The position numbers and the translations under genes were made by a program. DNA of 26,439 nucleotides from Planctomycetota bacterium (GTDB taxonomy: Bacteria > Planctomycetota > GCA-002687715 > DRQF01). The notes beneath the pieces were generated by a model. The model was not told the origin of the DNA and did not search any database. It saw only the letters and a list, made by a program, of their open reading frames with translations. The DNA is taken from assembly GCA_036479435.1 (NCBI GenBank), contig JAZGFI010000175.1, forward strand, positions 1 through 26,439, written 5' to 3'. Shown here one piece after another: positions 8,434-17,022 of this stretch. Each line of letters starts with the position of its first letter. Position 1 is the stretch's first letter.

Positions 8434-10347
8434 CTACTTACTGTTAAACAGCCAAAGTTCGTAGTTCACCGTATCCGAGCCACTTTTCGCTTGGTAGACC
8501 TCGACCTGATGGGCGCCCGCATTTCGCCTGCTAACCGCGACCTGCCAAGTATTCGGCATTGAACTGACGGCACCTCGCATGCCAATTTTCCCGAAGCGGC
8601 GGCCCGTCACGAGGGCGACTAAAGCCCAGCTTTTGCCCGCCCTGAATTTGGTCTTCTCGCCAGCTCCCGGTTTCAGTGAGCCCGCCCTGATCTTTCGTCC
8701 CTTGAGGGCCGGGAAGCGGGGCCAAGAGGACCGCGCCTTGATCTCGCGCAAGGCGAGGGCGGGGTCGTGGTTGGAAGACCACAGGCTCAGGAATCGCTTG
8801 CGCCAGTTCTTTTCGAGAGCTTGAAGTTCCGCGACCTCGCTACCATCCAAAAGCTGTCGCACTAGGTCAACTCGCTGCCCAAAGGCCGTACTGCCCTGAC
8901 TGATACGCTGCCCACCGATTGATTTGAAGTTGCCAGCACTATGAACGGCGACAACCTTAGAATCCAAGCCGACGACCGGACTTCCGCTCGCCCCACCCTC
9001 GCCCTTGAAGTTGTAAGTCACGAGCTGTTCGAAACGTGTCTCGTTCTTCTCCAAGAAAAAATCGAAGACCTGGCTGATTGGTCCGATGTCACTGCTAGCT
9101 TTGGTGCGCTCCAGGGCCCCCACGATGCCACCTTCAACGGGATATCCCAAAAATGCCGCTGGTGTGCCGCGAGCCAAGGACCGCAAGGCTTCATCAGACG
9201 CCATGGCAAGCGGCGGCCCAAAGGCCGCAGTGGCTTCGGGACGGCACCACATGAGAGCCACGTCACAGGCGGGAATGAACTGCAAAAAACCGGAGCCATT
9301 GGGATCCAAGGGCAGGTATTCGCGGCGCAGCCGAGACCAACGTACGTAGCCGGGATGGATCTTGACACGCTGGACTTCGAAGTCGCGCACCGGATCGCCA
9401 GCGCGAACCACCAGGGTGGTCCCAGTCTTAAGATGGCCTTCGGCGACGTGGGCATTCGTGGCGAGGACGCCGGGAGCTACGACCCAGCAAGTGCCGCCGC
9501 CCGAATACATGCGCGTCGACGACCCGACCTTCCGTTTTCTGAAAACCGGATAGACCGACTTCTCTATTTTTGGAAAGACGTCGGAGAATCCACGGTTGGA
9601 TTCACTGAGCCTTTGCTTAAAAGTCGACGAGAGTTCTTCGAGTCGCGCGTTTGCATCTCGTCTCAGGCCTCGTGATGTTCGCTCGGCGACACCGCGGGCG
9701 GTTAGCTCGGCTTCGTTGCGAGCTTCTTTGCGTGCGGCCTCTTTAACTCTGTTCTCTGCACCGCCGCCGAGAAGCCAGAAGAACCCGACCATGACGCCAA
9801 CGATTAGCAAACCGATGGCAACCATGAGGAAATAGATGATCGTTCGGTGGCGTTGACGTTCGTGCTGACCCGCCTCGGAGACGATCTTCATGACGGACTC
9901 GGTGCTCGGGGTCTTGCGAGGTCTGGCGCGCGGTAAGCTGGGCGATGCCGCGCCCTTTGGTGCCGCCGGCATGGACGGCGACGTCACAAAGAGATTCGCA
10001 CCGTCTTTTCCCAAGACGATTTCGTCGCCAACACGAAGAGCAACCGCAGCCTTGATGCGCTGCCCATTGACGAAAGTCCCGTTGCTCGATCCTAAATCAT
10101 GGAGCCACAACACGTCATCGCTGAACCGGAGTTCGACGTGATGACCGGATACGACGCGGTCCTTTTCGGCACTAAAGGCAATGTCGTTACTGGGGTGTCG
10201 CCCCAAGGTGACGATCTCGGCATCAAACTTGAATTTGACGCCATCGAGACTCGAGCCCGAACCGCAAGTTACCTCGATAGACTTCGTCATCGCGGGATGG
10301 TGTTTCCAAGATCTAAGGGACGACGGCATTGGACCGCTATGTCGCAT
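8434..10347 (-). CDS. FHA domain - TM - trypsin-like (S1) serine protease; true start may be ATG 10290
   Basis: FHA motifs TLGR, VSGHH and DLGSSNGTFVNG; TM helix IIYFLMVAIGLLIVGVMVGFFWLL; coiled coil; catalytic triad contexts TNAHV, CDVAL and GASGSPV. Confidence 0.88.
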   Translation of the reverse strand: MRHSGPMPSSLRSWKHHPAMTKSIEVTCGSGSSLDGVKFKFDAEIVTLGRHPSNDIAFSAEKDRVVSGHHVELRFSDDVLWLHDLGSSNGTFVNGQRIKAAVALRVGDEIVLGKDGANLFVTSPSMPAAPKGAASPSLPRARPRKTPSTESVMKIVSEAGQHERQRHRTIIYFLMVAIGLLIVGVMVGFFWLLGGGAENRVKEAARKEARNEAELTARGVAERTSRGLRRDANARLEELSSTFKQRLSESNRGFSDVFPKIEKSVYPVFRKRKVGSSTRMYSGGGTCWVVAPGVLATNAHVAEGHLKTGTTLVVRAGDPVRDFEVQRVKIHPGYVRWSRLRREYLPLDPNGSGFLQFIPACDVALMWCRPEATAAFGPPLAMASDEALRSLARGTPAAFLGYPVEGGIVGALERTKASSDIGPISQVFDFFLEKNETRFEQLVTYNFKGEGGASGSPVVGLDSKVVAVHSAGNFKSIGGQRISQGSTAFGQRVDLVRQLLDGSEVAELQALEKNWRKRFLSLWSSNHDPALALREIKARSSWPRFPALKGRKIRAGSLKPGAGEKTKFRAGKSWALVALVTGRRFGKIGMRGAVSSMPNTWQVAVSRRNAGAHQVEVYQAKSGSDTVNYELWLFNSK

Positions 10348-10400
10348 GCCGGGGGCGACACTCTACCTGCACGACGCAGCCTCGGAAAGCCTAGCTTGGC

Positions 10401-12287
10401 CTACTTTCCCTTCTCAATCTTGAGACTGTCGAAGAGGCGCCCCTCGAGATCGTAGGCCTTCATTTCCAATGTGCCGCCATTGACGGCCACAAAGCAAAAA
10501 TGATGGCCGTGTCGCACGGTGTTTTGAAAAAACGGGCGGATGGGGCCGGCTCGTTCCAAAGGACCTCCACCGCCGCCGGTGACCATGTAGACCGTGCCCT
10601 TTGCCGCCATCGTTGCGCGGCCCTTTTTCAGCGGCCAAGTCCGTTCGTAGCTGTGGATATGACCATTCCAGACAATATCGACTCCGTAGCGGTCAAAAAG
10701 TGGCACGAGGGCTCGAACGCGAAGATCGCCTTTCGTCGAGGGGCCGTACCAAGTATTGCCGTAGTCGTTCTCGTCGGAGGTGTAGGCCGGGTGGTGATAG
10801 CAGACGATCTTCCATTTCGCCTTCGAAGCCCTCAGCGCTCGCTCGAGGAACTTGTACTGAGCGGTTTCAGGGCCGACCGCGCGGTTGGAATCGAGCATGA
10901 AGAACTGCGTGTTTCCATAGTGAAAAGTGTAGTAGTACTCCGGGTCGGGGAGCGACATGTAGTCGTAATAGAATCGCGCGTCTTGTTCGTGGTTCCCAAG
11001 GACCGGGAAGAGCGCTACGCGCTCCAAAAGCGGTTTCATCGAACTGAAGAACTCTTGCTCCCACTGTTGTTTGACCTTGCCCGCGTCGACGAGGTCACCG
11101 GGATGCAGAACGAAGTTCGGCCGCAAATCCCAGGCGTGCTGAGCGATCTTCGTAGCGATCTTGGGTTGGGTTTGGGTGTCGCTGATAACCGCAAAAGCGA
11201 AGGGAGTGTCACGCTCGGGAGCGGTCTGAAAACTAAGCACGGGCGATGTGACTTTTTGCCCGCGCTTGTCGGCCAGTTCAATCTGGTAGTAGTAGGCGGT
11301 GTTGGCCTTTAGACTATTCAGCCTGATCTCCCCTAAGGTTGACGCGAGGCTGACGCTTTTCTCGGCTTCGAAGACCGCTTTTCGTTGATCGCCTTTTCCT
11401 TGAAACAGCACTTTGGTCCCGAAACAAACTTTGGCTCGCGTCGGGTGAGAGCTCTCCCACCTCAAAGTCATGCCGTCGCGAGTCGCCCATTGAAGATAGG
11501 GATGAATGACCCAAGAGAGGTCTTCCGGTCCGTGAGCCATCGCTTTGGCGTCTGCGAGCTCCGCAAAGTGGCGAAAAGCCCCTTTTACCCAGGTCTCTTT
11601 TGCTGTCTGATCAAAAATCCGAACCGAGCGAATCCGGCCCTTGAAGTAGTAACTCTCGTCGTCGTCTTGATAGCCCCCAATGATGAGGGGAGCTGAGTTC
11701 GGATAAAGGAGGTCACCGAACTGCACTTGGCTTTCAGCCTCGAGCTTGCCGTTCACATAGACTCTTTGAAAAGTCCCGTCGTAAGTGCCAACGACGTGGT
11801 ACATGCGGCCCAATTCGAATCTGGAATCCGCGCTTAGGTAGGTCATCTTGCCGTCGCCATCATCGGCCCCCTTGGTTGATATCCCAAAGGTGAAATGACC
11901 GTTGCTATGGCCGAGCAACCAACCTTTCTCAGACGGGCCGTTGTCCTGCAAGCTGCCGATAATGCCGCCCCATCGGCTGCGCTCGTTAACGGCGACCCAA
12001 GCCTCGACGGTCATGTTACGGAGCGGCAATTTCTGTTGCGACTCCGCGATGTTGTCGGCGAGGACGATGCGCGTCGTCCGGCCATCAAACCAAAGCGCTT
12101 GATTTACCCCTTCGCCGACAAACTTGACCTTGCCCTCAACGCGCCCCCTGGTGCCTAAGATGGGCTCAAGAACTCCGGCGCTTATTTGTGCTTCCGTAAG
12201 TTGCCAGCTGCCAATCGGATCGGGTCCGTCGTGGCGCGATGAGAAAGGAAGGGAAACCAGCAGAATCAAGGGGAGGGGCCAATACAT
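10401..12287 (-). CDS. Secreted LamG/concanavalin-like + FN3-like + calcineurin-like metallophosphoesterase (purple-acid-phosphatase-like)
   Basis: Hydrophobic N-terminus; LamG_3 pattern (MTVEAWV, YHVVGTYDG...VYVNG, IGG, FKGRI..VRIFD); PYLQ...L..L...T.YYY; phosphoesterase motifs SDTQ, GDLVD, GNHE, YHH, GHIHSYER and TGGGG. Confidence 0.88.
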   Translation of the reverse strand: MYWPLPLILLVSLPFSSRHDGPDPIGSWQLTEAQISAGVLEPILGTRGRVEGKVKFVGEGVNQALWFDGRTTRIVLADNIAESQQKLPLRNMTVEAWVAVNERSRWGGIIGSLQDNGPSEKGWLLGHSNGHFTFGISTKGADDGDGKMTYLSADSRFELGRMYHVVGTYDGTFQRVYVNGKLEAESQVQFGDLLYPNSAPLIIGGYQDDDESYYFKGRIRSVRIFDQTAKETWVKGAFRHFAELADAKAMAHGPEDLSWVIHPYLQWATRDGMTLRWESSHPTRAKVCFGTKVLFQGKGDQRKAVFEAEKSVSLASTLGEIRLNSLKANTAYYYQIELADKRGQKVTSPVLSFQTAPERDTPFAFAVISDTQTQPKIATKIAQHAWDLRPNFVLHPGDLVDAGKVKQQWEQEFFSSMKPLLERVALFPVLGNHEQDARFYYDYMSLPDPEYYYTFHYGNTQFFMLDSNRAVGPETAQYKFLERALRASKAKWKIVCYHHPAYTSDENDYGNTWYGPSTKGDLRVRALVPLFDRYGVDIVWNGHIHSYERTWPLKKGRATMAAKGTVYMVTGGGGGPLERAGPIRPFFQNTVRHGHHFCFVAVNGGTLEMKAYDLEGRLFDSLKIEKGK

Positions 12288-12428
12288 GAAGAATCCTTAA
12301 GACGATGCCGAACTGAGGGGTCACCGCGGGATCATACCAGTCCGCAGCCGGGCGGCGAGATGGCGCGATGGACAGCAATCGGCCAAAAGCCTAGATTACT
12401 TTCGAGAACCGGCATAGTGAGCGAAGCG

Positions 12429-14825
12429 ATGCGTCAAAAGATCCCCCTAATCCTCCTTGCGGTAGCTCTGCTCGCTGTCACCAGCTTTCTGCTTTGGCTG
12501 GAGTATGGAGATGACGACGAAGTAACCATGGACGGCTCGAGTCTCAGCGAACTCGAAGAGGAATCCGCTCCACCCGCCGCGCGCCGGTTCGATGAGAAGC
12601 TCAGCGATCAATCGCAGCCCGCCACATCCTCGATAGCCAACGAAGTCGCAGAAGATCGCGACGACCATGAAGCTGAAAACGGCCCAGTCCTTTGGTCAGG
12701 CCGAGTTGTGGACGACCTGGGACTCGCGCTGGTCGATGTCAAAGTGATGCTCTTCGAGGCTCGTCGTGATGACCCATTCTCACTCAACACTGAAACGGGT
12801 CCGCTGTTTCGAGCAAGAATGAAACCAAAAGAGCGCACGCGATCGGCGGCCGACGGGAGTTTCGGTTTTCGGTCCAAAATCCGGGCGGGCAATTGGCTGT
12901 TGGCAAAGTCAACGGCAACGGGAATCGGCATGTTGTCACCTGAGTTGCCGCGCCAAAAACTCCCGGAGAGTCCGACGATTGTCATAGCTCGGCACCTGCC
13001 TTACGCGGGAGTGGTCTTATCTCCCGAAGGGAAGCCAGTCGCCAAGGCCATCGTCACGCTTCATTTCCCTGAATCTTCGAAAACGAAACTCGTGCGGCCG
13101 GCAATGCCCATCGTCGCGATCAGCGCGGGCGATGGAAGTTTTCGAATGCCCGGCTCATCGAAGTACGACCATATCGAAGTTGAGCACTCCGAGTACGCCT
13201 TGTATCAGTTCAACGTGACTCCAGAAGGCACGGTCAACCACTGGGTCCGCAAGGCTCTCGATAAGGTTCCGGAAAAGATCGAACTCGTTCGCGGCCGCCG
13301 CCTGACGATTCACTTCACGGGGGCAGACTCAGATACATCACCGGCCGATTTCAATTGGCGATTGACCGGCATCACAACAAAGCTAAATGGTGTCGCAAAG
13401 CTCAACGCCTCGGTCGTCATCCCCCACTTCCCCATGGTCAAACAGTTCTATCTCAGTTCCGATCATCCCGAGTATCGGGTGGTCCGCAAGGACCGATCGG
13501 CAGACCTCGACCCGCGGATTGGAGTCCGCTTCGGAATCTCCCCGAAGGGTCCGGTCGAGTGCCACGTAAAGCTCGAAAAAGGCGGCACGATCCGAGGACA
13601 AGTTGTCGACTCCCAGGGACTGCCGATCTCCGGACTGAAACTGCGTTGGTTCGGCAGAAGCCTAAACAAGGTCGTCGGACCGCTCGACCGAACGACGTTG
13701 AGCGACGGCAACGGTAACTTCTTATTTCGTGGCATCCCCGCGACCACCGTCTTCATGACGCTTGCGACCGAGGACTACGTTCTTAGAAGTTTCAAAGTCT
13801 TGGAATCTGCGGGGAGCCACCCGGGCAAGGCCCTACCCGTCCTCAACCTTCGAAACTCCACGAAGGCCGTCATCAATCTTGTGGTGGAGCGCGCCGCAAC
13901 CGTGAGGGGCCGAGTCAGAGATCAAAGCGGAAAAGGCCTCGCGGAGTACATCGTCCAGCTCGCACGAGAGACCCGCTCCTCCAATTCCGAGTTCTTCCAC
14001 TTGAAGCTGTCCACCCACATGAGAAGGGAGAAGTCCCTTCATCAAGTTCCCAACGAGCTGAGACGCGCCATTCGACAGGTCGTCAGCGATGCCGACGGTC
14101 GGTTTTTGCTGGCGGGGCTGTCACCGGCGCTAGGCATGAGGCTAGAAGCCATCCACCGCTTGGGTCCACTTGGAGGCTCCTTCGAGTTTGACTTGGAAGC
14201 AGGTGAGACAAAGAACGTCGATATTCAGATCGGCAACCGGCCGAAAGTCACCGTCTGCCTTACTCTTGAAGGCGGCAATCCTGTGGTTGACTTCCCCATC
14301 AAGATGCAGCAAATGCTGCGCTCCGATGGCCCCCGTCGACAGATATCAAACCACCAAGTCACCGTACGCACGAACGCCGAAGGTCTCGCCGTCTTCGAAC
14401 ATCTCAACGTCGGCATCGCGAGCGCATCGATTGACTACAAACTACTGCCAAAAGGCTGGACTTTGCCCTTTGGCCTTTCAAACGAGATCGAAGTACGAGA
14501 GGGTGGCCCCCATGCGAACCGACACGAAATAACACTGGTACAACCTAAGTTCATCGAGGCTCTGGTGGACTTTCCGCCCGACGCGCCCACTGGCTCTCTG
14601 ATGCACATCATTCTTCATCGCATCGACCCCGTCTCAGCCGAGCTCGGTCATCGCCACCCCCACCCCATCAAGGTTGGCGATCGCCTCCGATTCCGGGTCC
14701 GAGACTCCGCAACATTCAAGATCGCGGCCGCCACCCGAGTTAAGGATTGGAAGACGGTCGAGTACCGCGCCATCTCTGGGGAACTCCTGCGATTCGGGGC
14801 CGAAAACAAGGTCGTACTGCGTTAG
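12429..14825 (+). CDS. N-terminally anchored protein with several carboxypeptidase-regulatory-like (transthyretin-like) beta-sandwich repeats
   Basis: Start refined to ATG 12429 (MRQKIPLILLAVALLAVTSFLLWL). Repeated G.V.D..G.P..G..V and T..DG.F.F motifs: GRVVDDLG, GVVLSPEGKPV, GQVVDSQGLPI, GRVRDQSGKG, SDADGRF, TNAEG. Confidence 0.75.
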   Translation: MRQKIPLILLAVALLAVTSFLLWLEYGDDDEVTMDGSSLSELEEESAPPAARRFDEKLSDQSQPATSSIANEVAEDRDDHEAENGPVLWSGRVVDDLGLALVDVKVMLFEARRDDPFSLNTETGPLFRARMKPKERTRSAADGSFGFRSKIRAGNWLLAKSTATGIGMLSPELPRQKLPESPTIVIARHLPYAGVVLSPEGKPVAKAIVTLHFPESSKTKLVRPAMPIVAISAGDGSFRMPGSSKYDHIEVEHSEYALYQFNVTPEGTVNHWVRKALDKVPEKIELVRGRRLTIHFTGADSDTSPADFNWRLTGITTKLNGVAKLNASVVIPHFPMVKQFYLSSDHPEYRVVRKDRSADLDPRIGVRFGISPKGPVECHVKLEKGGTIRGQVVDSQGLPISGLKLRWFGRSLNKVVGPLDRTTLSDGNGNFLFRGIPATTVFMTLATEDYVLRSFKVLESAGSHPGKALPVLNLRNSTKAVINLVVERAATVRGRVRDQSGKGLAEYIVQLARETRSSNSEFFHLKLSTHMRREKSLHQVPNELRRAIRQVVSDADGRFLLAGLSPALGMRLEAIHRLGPLGGSFEFDLEAGETKNVDIQIGNRPKVTVCLTLEGGNPVVDFPIKMQQMLRSDGPRRQISNHQVTVRTNAEGLAVFEHLNVGIASASIDYKLLPKGWTLPFGLSNEIEVREGGPHANRHEITLVQPKFIEALVDFPPDAPTGSLMHIILHRIDPVSAELGHRHPHPIKVGDRLRFRVRDSATFKIAAATRVKDWKTVEYRAISGELLRFGAENKVVLR

Positions 14826-14853
14826 TGACCATACGGTGCCTGACACCGGATGG

Positions 14854-14889
14854 AAAAAAACCCCAGGCCGGCAGAACCGACCTGGGGTT
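14854..14889 (-). terminator. Rho-independent terminator after the PspA-like gene, between convergent genes
   Basis: Minus strand CCCCAGGTCGG-TTCTG-CCGGCCTGGGG (11-bp stem with one G-U pair) followed by T7. Confidence 0.85.
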
Positions 14890-14920
14890 AACAGCGAGTG
14901 CTTAGGGTAAAGACTCGGGT

Positions 14921-15784
14921 TTAGTTTTCGGCTCCGATCGAGACGATCTCGCAGCTCTCGCCGACGACCTCAAGTTCGAGTTCGGAAGAGACCAGGGTTT
15001 CGCTCGTGGCGCTCGGCGCATCGAAGTAGGCCGAGATGCGATCTGTGATGCTCACACCTTGGATGTCCTCAAGTTCGACGTCGTCGAGCAAGGGTTGGTT
15101 GTTCTCCATGACTTGCAGTTCGACGTCGAGACGCTTGTTGCAATCCGAAAGGATGCTGCGCGCTTCGGCAAGGTTGCTGGTGTCGACTTCGACGTCGAGC
15201 GTCAGCGCCTTCTTGGCTTTGGTTTCCTGAAGCTTGGCTTCGATCGTGGCCACTTGAGCGATCAGCTTTTCACGCTGAGTGCGAAGTTCTTCGAGGCGTT
15301 TTACCGCCGAGAAGAGCGTTTGCTCGAGAGCGGCGTGGCGCTCGCGCTTGCTGTTGAGAACACTGTCTGCGGCGCGAACCCGGTTGAGTCGGCGACCTGC
15401 ATCCTTTTCGAACTTAGCCCGACTCACCTGGCGGCCGTAGCTCACCTTGTAGACGTTTTTGTCTTCTGAAAGACGAGCCGCCTGCGTGCGAAGAAGATCT
15501 TTATTGCGAGTCTGACTGCGATCGAGAGAGACGATCTCGCGATCGAGATATTTGAGCTCAACCTGCTTTTCCGCGATCACTTTCTTGACTTTTCGAATCT
15601 CGGGACCGGTCTTATCGATCAGTTCACGAGCGCGTTCGATTTCGTATTCGACGGGAACGCTGTTTTTGACTTTGCCCTGCATCCAGGCAACGCCGTGTTC
15701 GATGTGGCTGACAGCTGAGGTCCCGAAAAGCAGGAAGGCCACCAGGGTCGCGCCACCGCCAAGGACGAAGATTTTTTTGAACAT
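14921..15784 (-). CDS. Coiled-coil protein with an N-terminal hydrophobic segment, PspA/IM30-like
   Basis: Start refined to ATG 15784 (SD AAGGAGG 6 nt upstream), 287 aa. MFKKIFVLGGGATLVAFLLFG is followed by VPVEYEIERARELI, long heptad-rich helices and an acidic tail. The PspA link is by overall pattern only. Confidence 0.6.
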   Translation of the reverse strand: MFKKIFVLGGGATLVAFLLFGTSAVSHIEHGVAWMQGKVKNSVPVEYEIERARELIDKTGPEIRKVKKVIAEKQVELKYLDREIVSLDRSQTRNKDLLRTQAARLSEDKNVYKVSYGRQVSRAKFEKDAGRRLNRVRAADSVLNSKRERHAALEQTLFSAVKRLEELRTQREKLIAQVATIEAKLQETKAKKALTLDVEVDTSNLAEARSILSDCNKRLDVELQVMENNQPLLDDVELEDIQGVSITDRISAYFDAPSATSETLVSSELELEVVGESCEIVSIGAEN

Positions 15785-15880
15785 GAGTAGCCTCCTTGAA
15801 GTTTCGCGGTCGGGCATCGCCTTTCCGCATTGACTGGAGGCCCTATCCGGCGAACTGCCTGGAAGATTTTGAGATCTTCG

Positions 15881-15902
15881 AAAAAGCCTCGCGGCTTGAG
15901 GC
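15881..15902 (-). terminator. Possible weak intrinsic terminator after the zinc-finger gene
   Basis: Minus strand GCCTC-AAGCCGC-GAGGC-TTTTT: a 5-bp stem followed by T5. Confidence 0.4.
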
Positions 15903-15963
15903 GGGAATGTGGACACCAAAACAGGAATCACCCATAAGTCATTCAAAGGCAATGAATTAGACG

Positions 15964-16362
15964 CTACTCTTGGCGCAGGAACGCAGCGGAACGCTGCAAA
16001 GCGGCGTCTTTGGCTCTTTCCAGTCGTTGGGGCTGATCAACATCTGCGGCCGATTCGAGTTCGGAGAGACCCGCTAGACAATGTGGGCATTCGACGATCT
16101 CCAGGTGAAACTGGATAAAGTCCGCCTCTTCGGTGTCCAAGGAACCGTCGTGGTAACTCGCCAAGATGTCTTGGTGAGGACAGGACACGCGTTCGCGCAG
16201 CCACAAGGCACCGACGCTTATGGTGAGCCCCTCGGTCTCATCCCTGAGCGCTGAGACGACGGCACTACAAGCCTGACAGTCGCCGAGGTGAATCTCGAGA
16301 TCTCGTTCAAAGCGTCCGACTTCGACCGAGTCCAGAAGCTGTTTGACCGTGGGACATTCCAT
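15964..16362 (-). CDS. Small soluble protein with two ZAS/zf-HC2-like zinc-binding motifs (putative anti-sigma factor)
   Basis: Start refined to ATG 16362, 4 nt after the ECF stop; 132 aa. Motifs C-P...HLGDCQAC and C-P-H...FHLEIVECPHC; no TM segment. Confidence 0.7.
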   Translation of the reverse strand: MECPTVKQLLDSVEVGRFERDLEIHLGDCQACSAVVSALRDETEGLTISVGALWLRERVSCPHQDILASYHDGSLDTEEADFIQFHLEIVECPHCLAGLSELESAADVDQPQRLERAKDAALQRSAAFLRQE

Positions 16363-16366
16363 GGCG

Positions 16367-16999
16367 CTACTCCCAGAGTTTCGAGAAAAGGGAACGGTTG
16401 GGATCGAGCGCGCGCAAGCGATCCTGAAAGTCTCTGATCGTGCGAAACTTGACGCCTGCAATCGACTTCTCGTCGGGATAGTCCAATAGATCAGCGATGC
16501 GGCGATGGCGCCAGTTGCGCAAGAACACCAACTCAATGGTCTTCAATCGCTTGAAATCACGCTCTTCCCAAAGCTCGCCGACGTATTCTTTGAGGATCTC
16601 GACGAGGGCATCTTTTTGTCGATCGACCTTTTCGCGCGCCAACGAATGCTGCGCCGGAGTAAGGTCTTCTCGTGGCACATTGCCAAAATAACTTGAGCTA
16701 TCCTCGTCGTCCGAAATCTGGATCTCGTGCCCAGACTTTCGCAACCAGTCGATCGCCTTCTTGCGGGCAATTCCGAACAAAAACTGTTCGATGTTGTAAC
16801 GGTCGTCAAAGCGGCCGATGCCCTTCAACGCCCCAAGAAAGGTCTCAGAAGTGACGTCCTCCGCCCCATCGGGGTGACCGATCATGCGTTTTACATAGTA
16901 GTAGATGCGCGTGAAGTAATCCGACTGCAAGCGCTCCCACTCGCCCGAGTCGAGGGCTTGCAGTTTCGCAATGTTGTAGTCGGGAATCTCGCTCATCAT
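16367..16999 (-). CDS. ECF sigma factor, kinase-associated planctomycete type (ECF59-like, tentative)
   Basis: Sigma2 (W..L...Y..RI.YY...GAEDVTSETF...FLFGIARKKAIDWLRK) and an atypical sigma4 (ELVFLRNWRHRRIADLL...KSIAGVKFR). A kinase gene lies directly upstream. Confidence 0.85.
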   Translation of the reverse strand: MMSEIPDYNIAKLQALDSGEWERLQSDYFTRIYYYVKRMIGHPDGAEDVTSETFLGALKGIGRFDDRYNIEQFLFGIARKKAIDWLRKSGHEIQISDDEDSSSYFGNVPREDLTPAQHSLAREKVDRQKDALVEILKEYVGELWEERDFKRLKTIELVFLRNWRHRRIADLLDYPDEKSIAGVKFRTIRDFQDRLRALDPNRSLFSKLWE

Positions 17000-17022
17000 C
17001 AGTCACCTAAATACCGGCGGAA

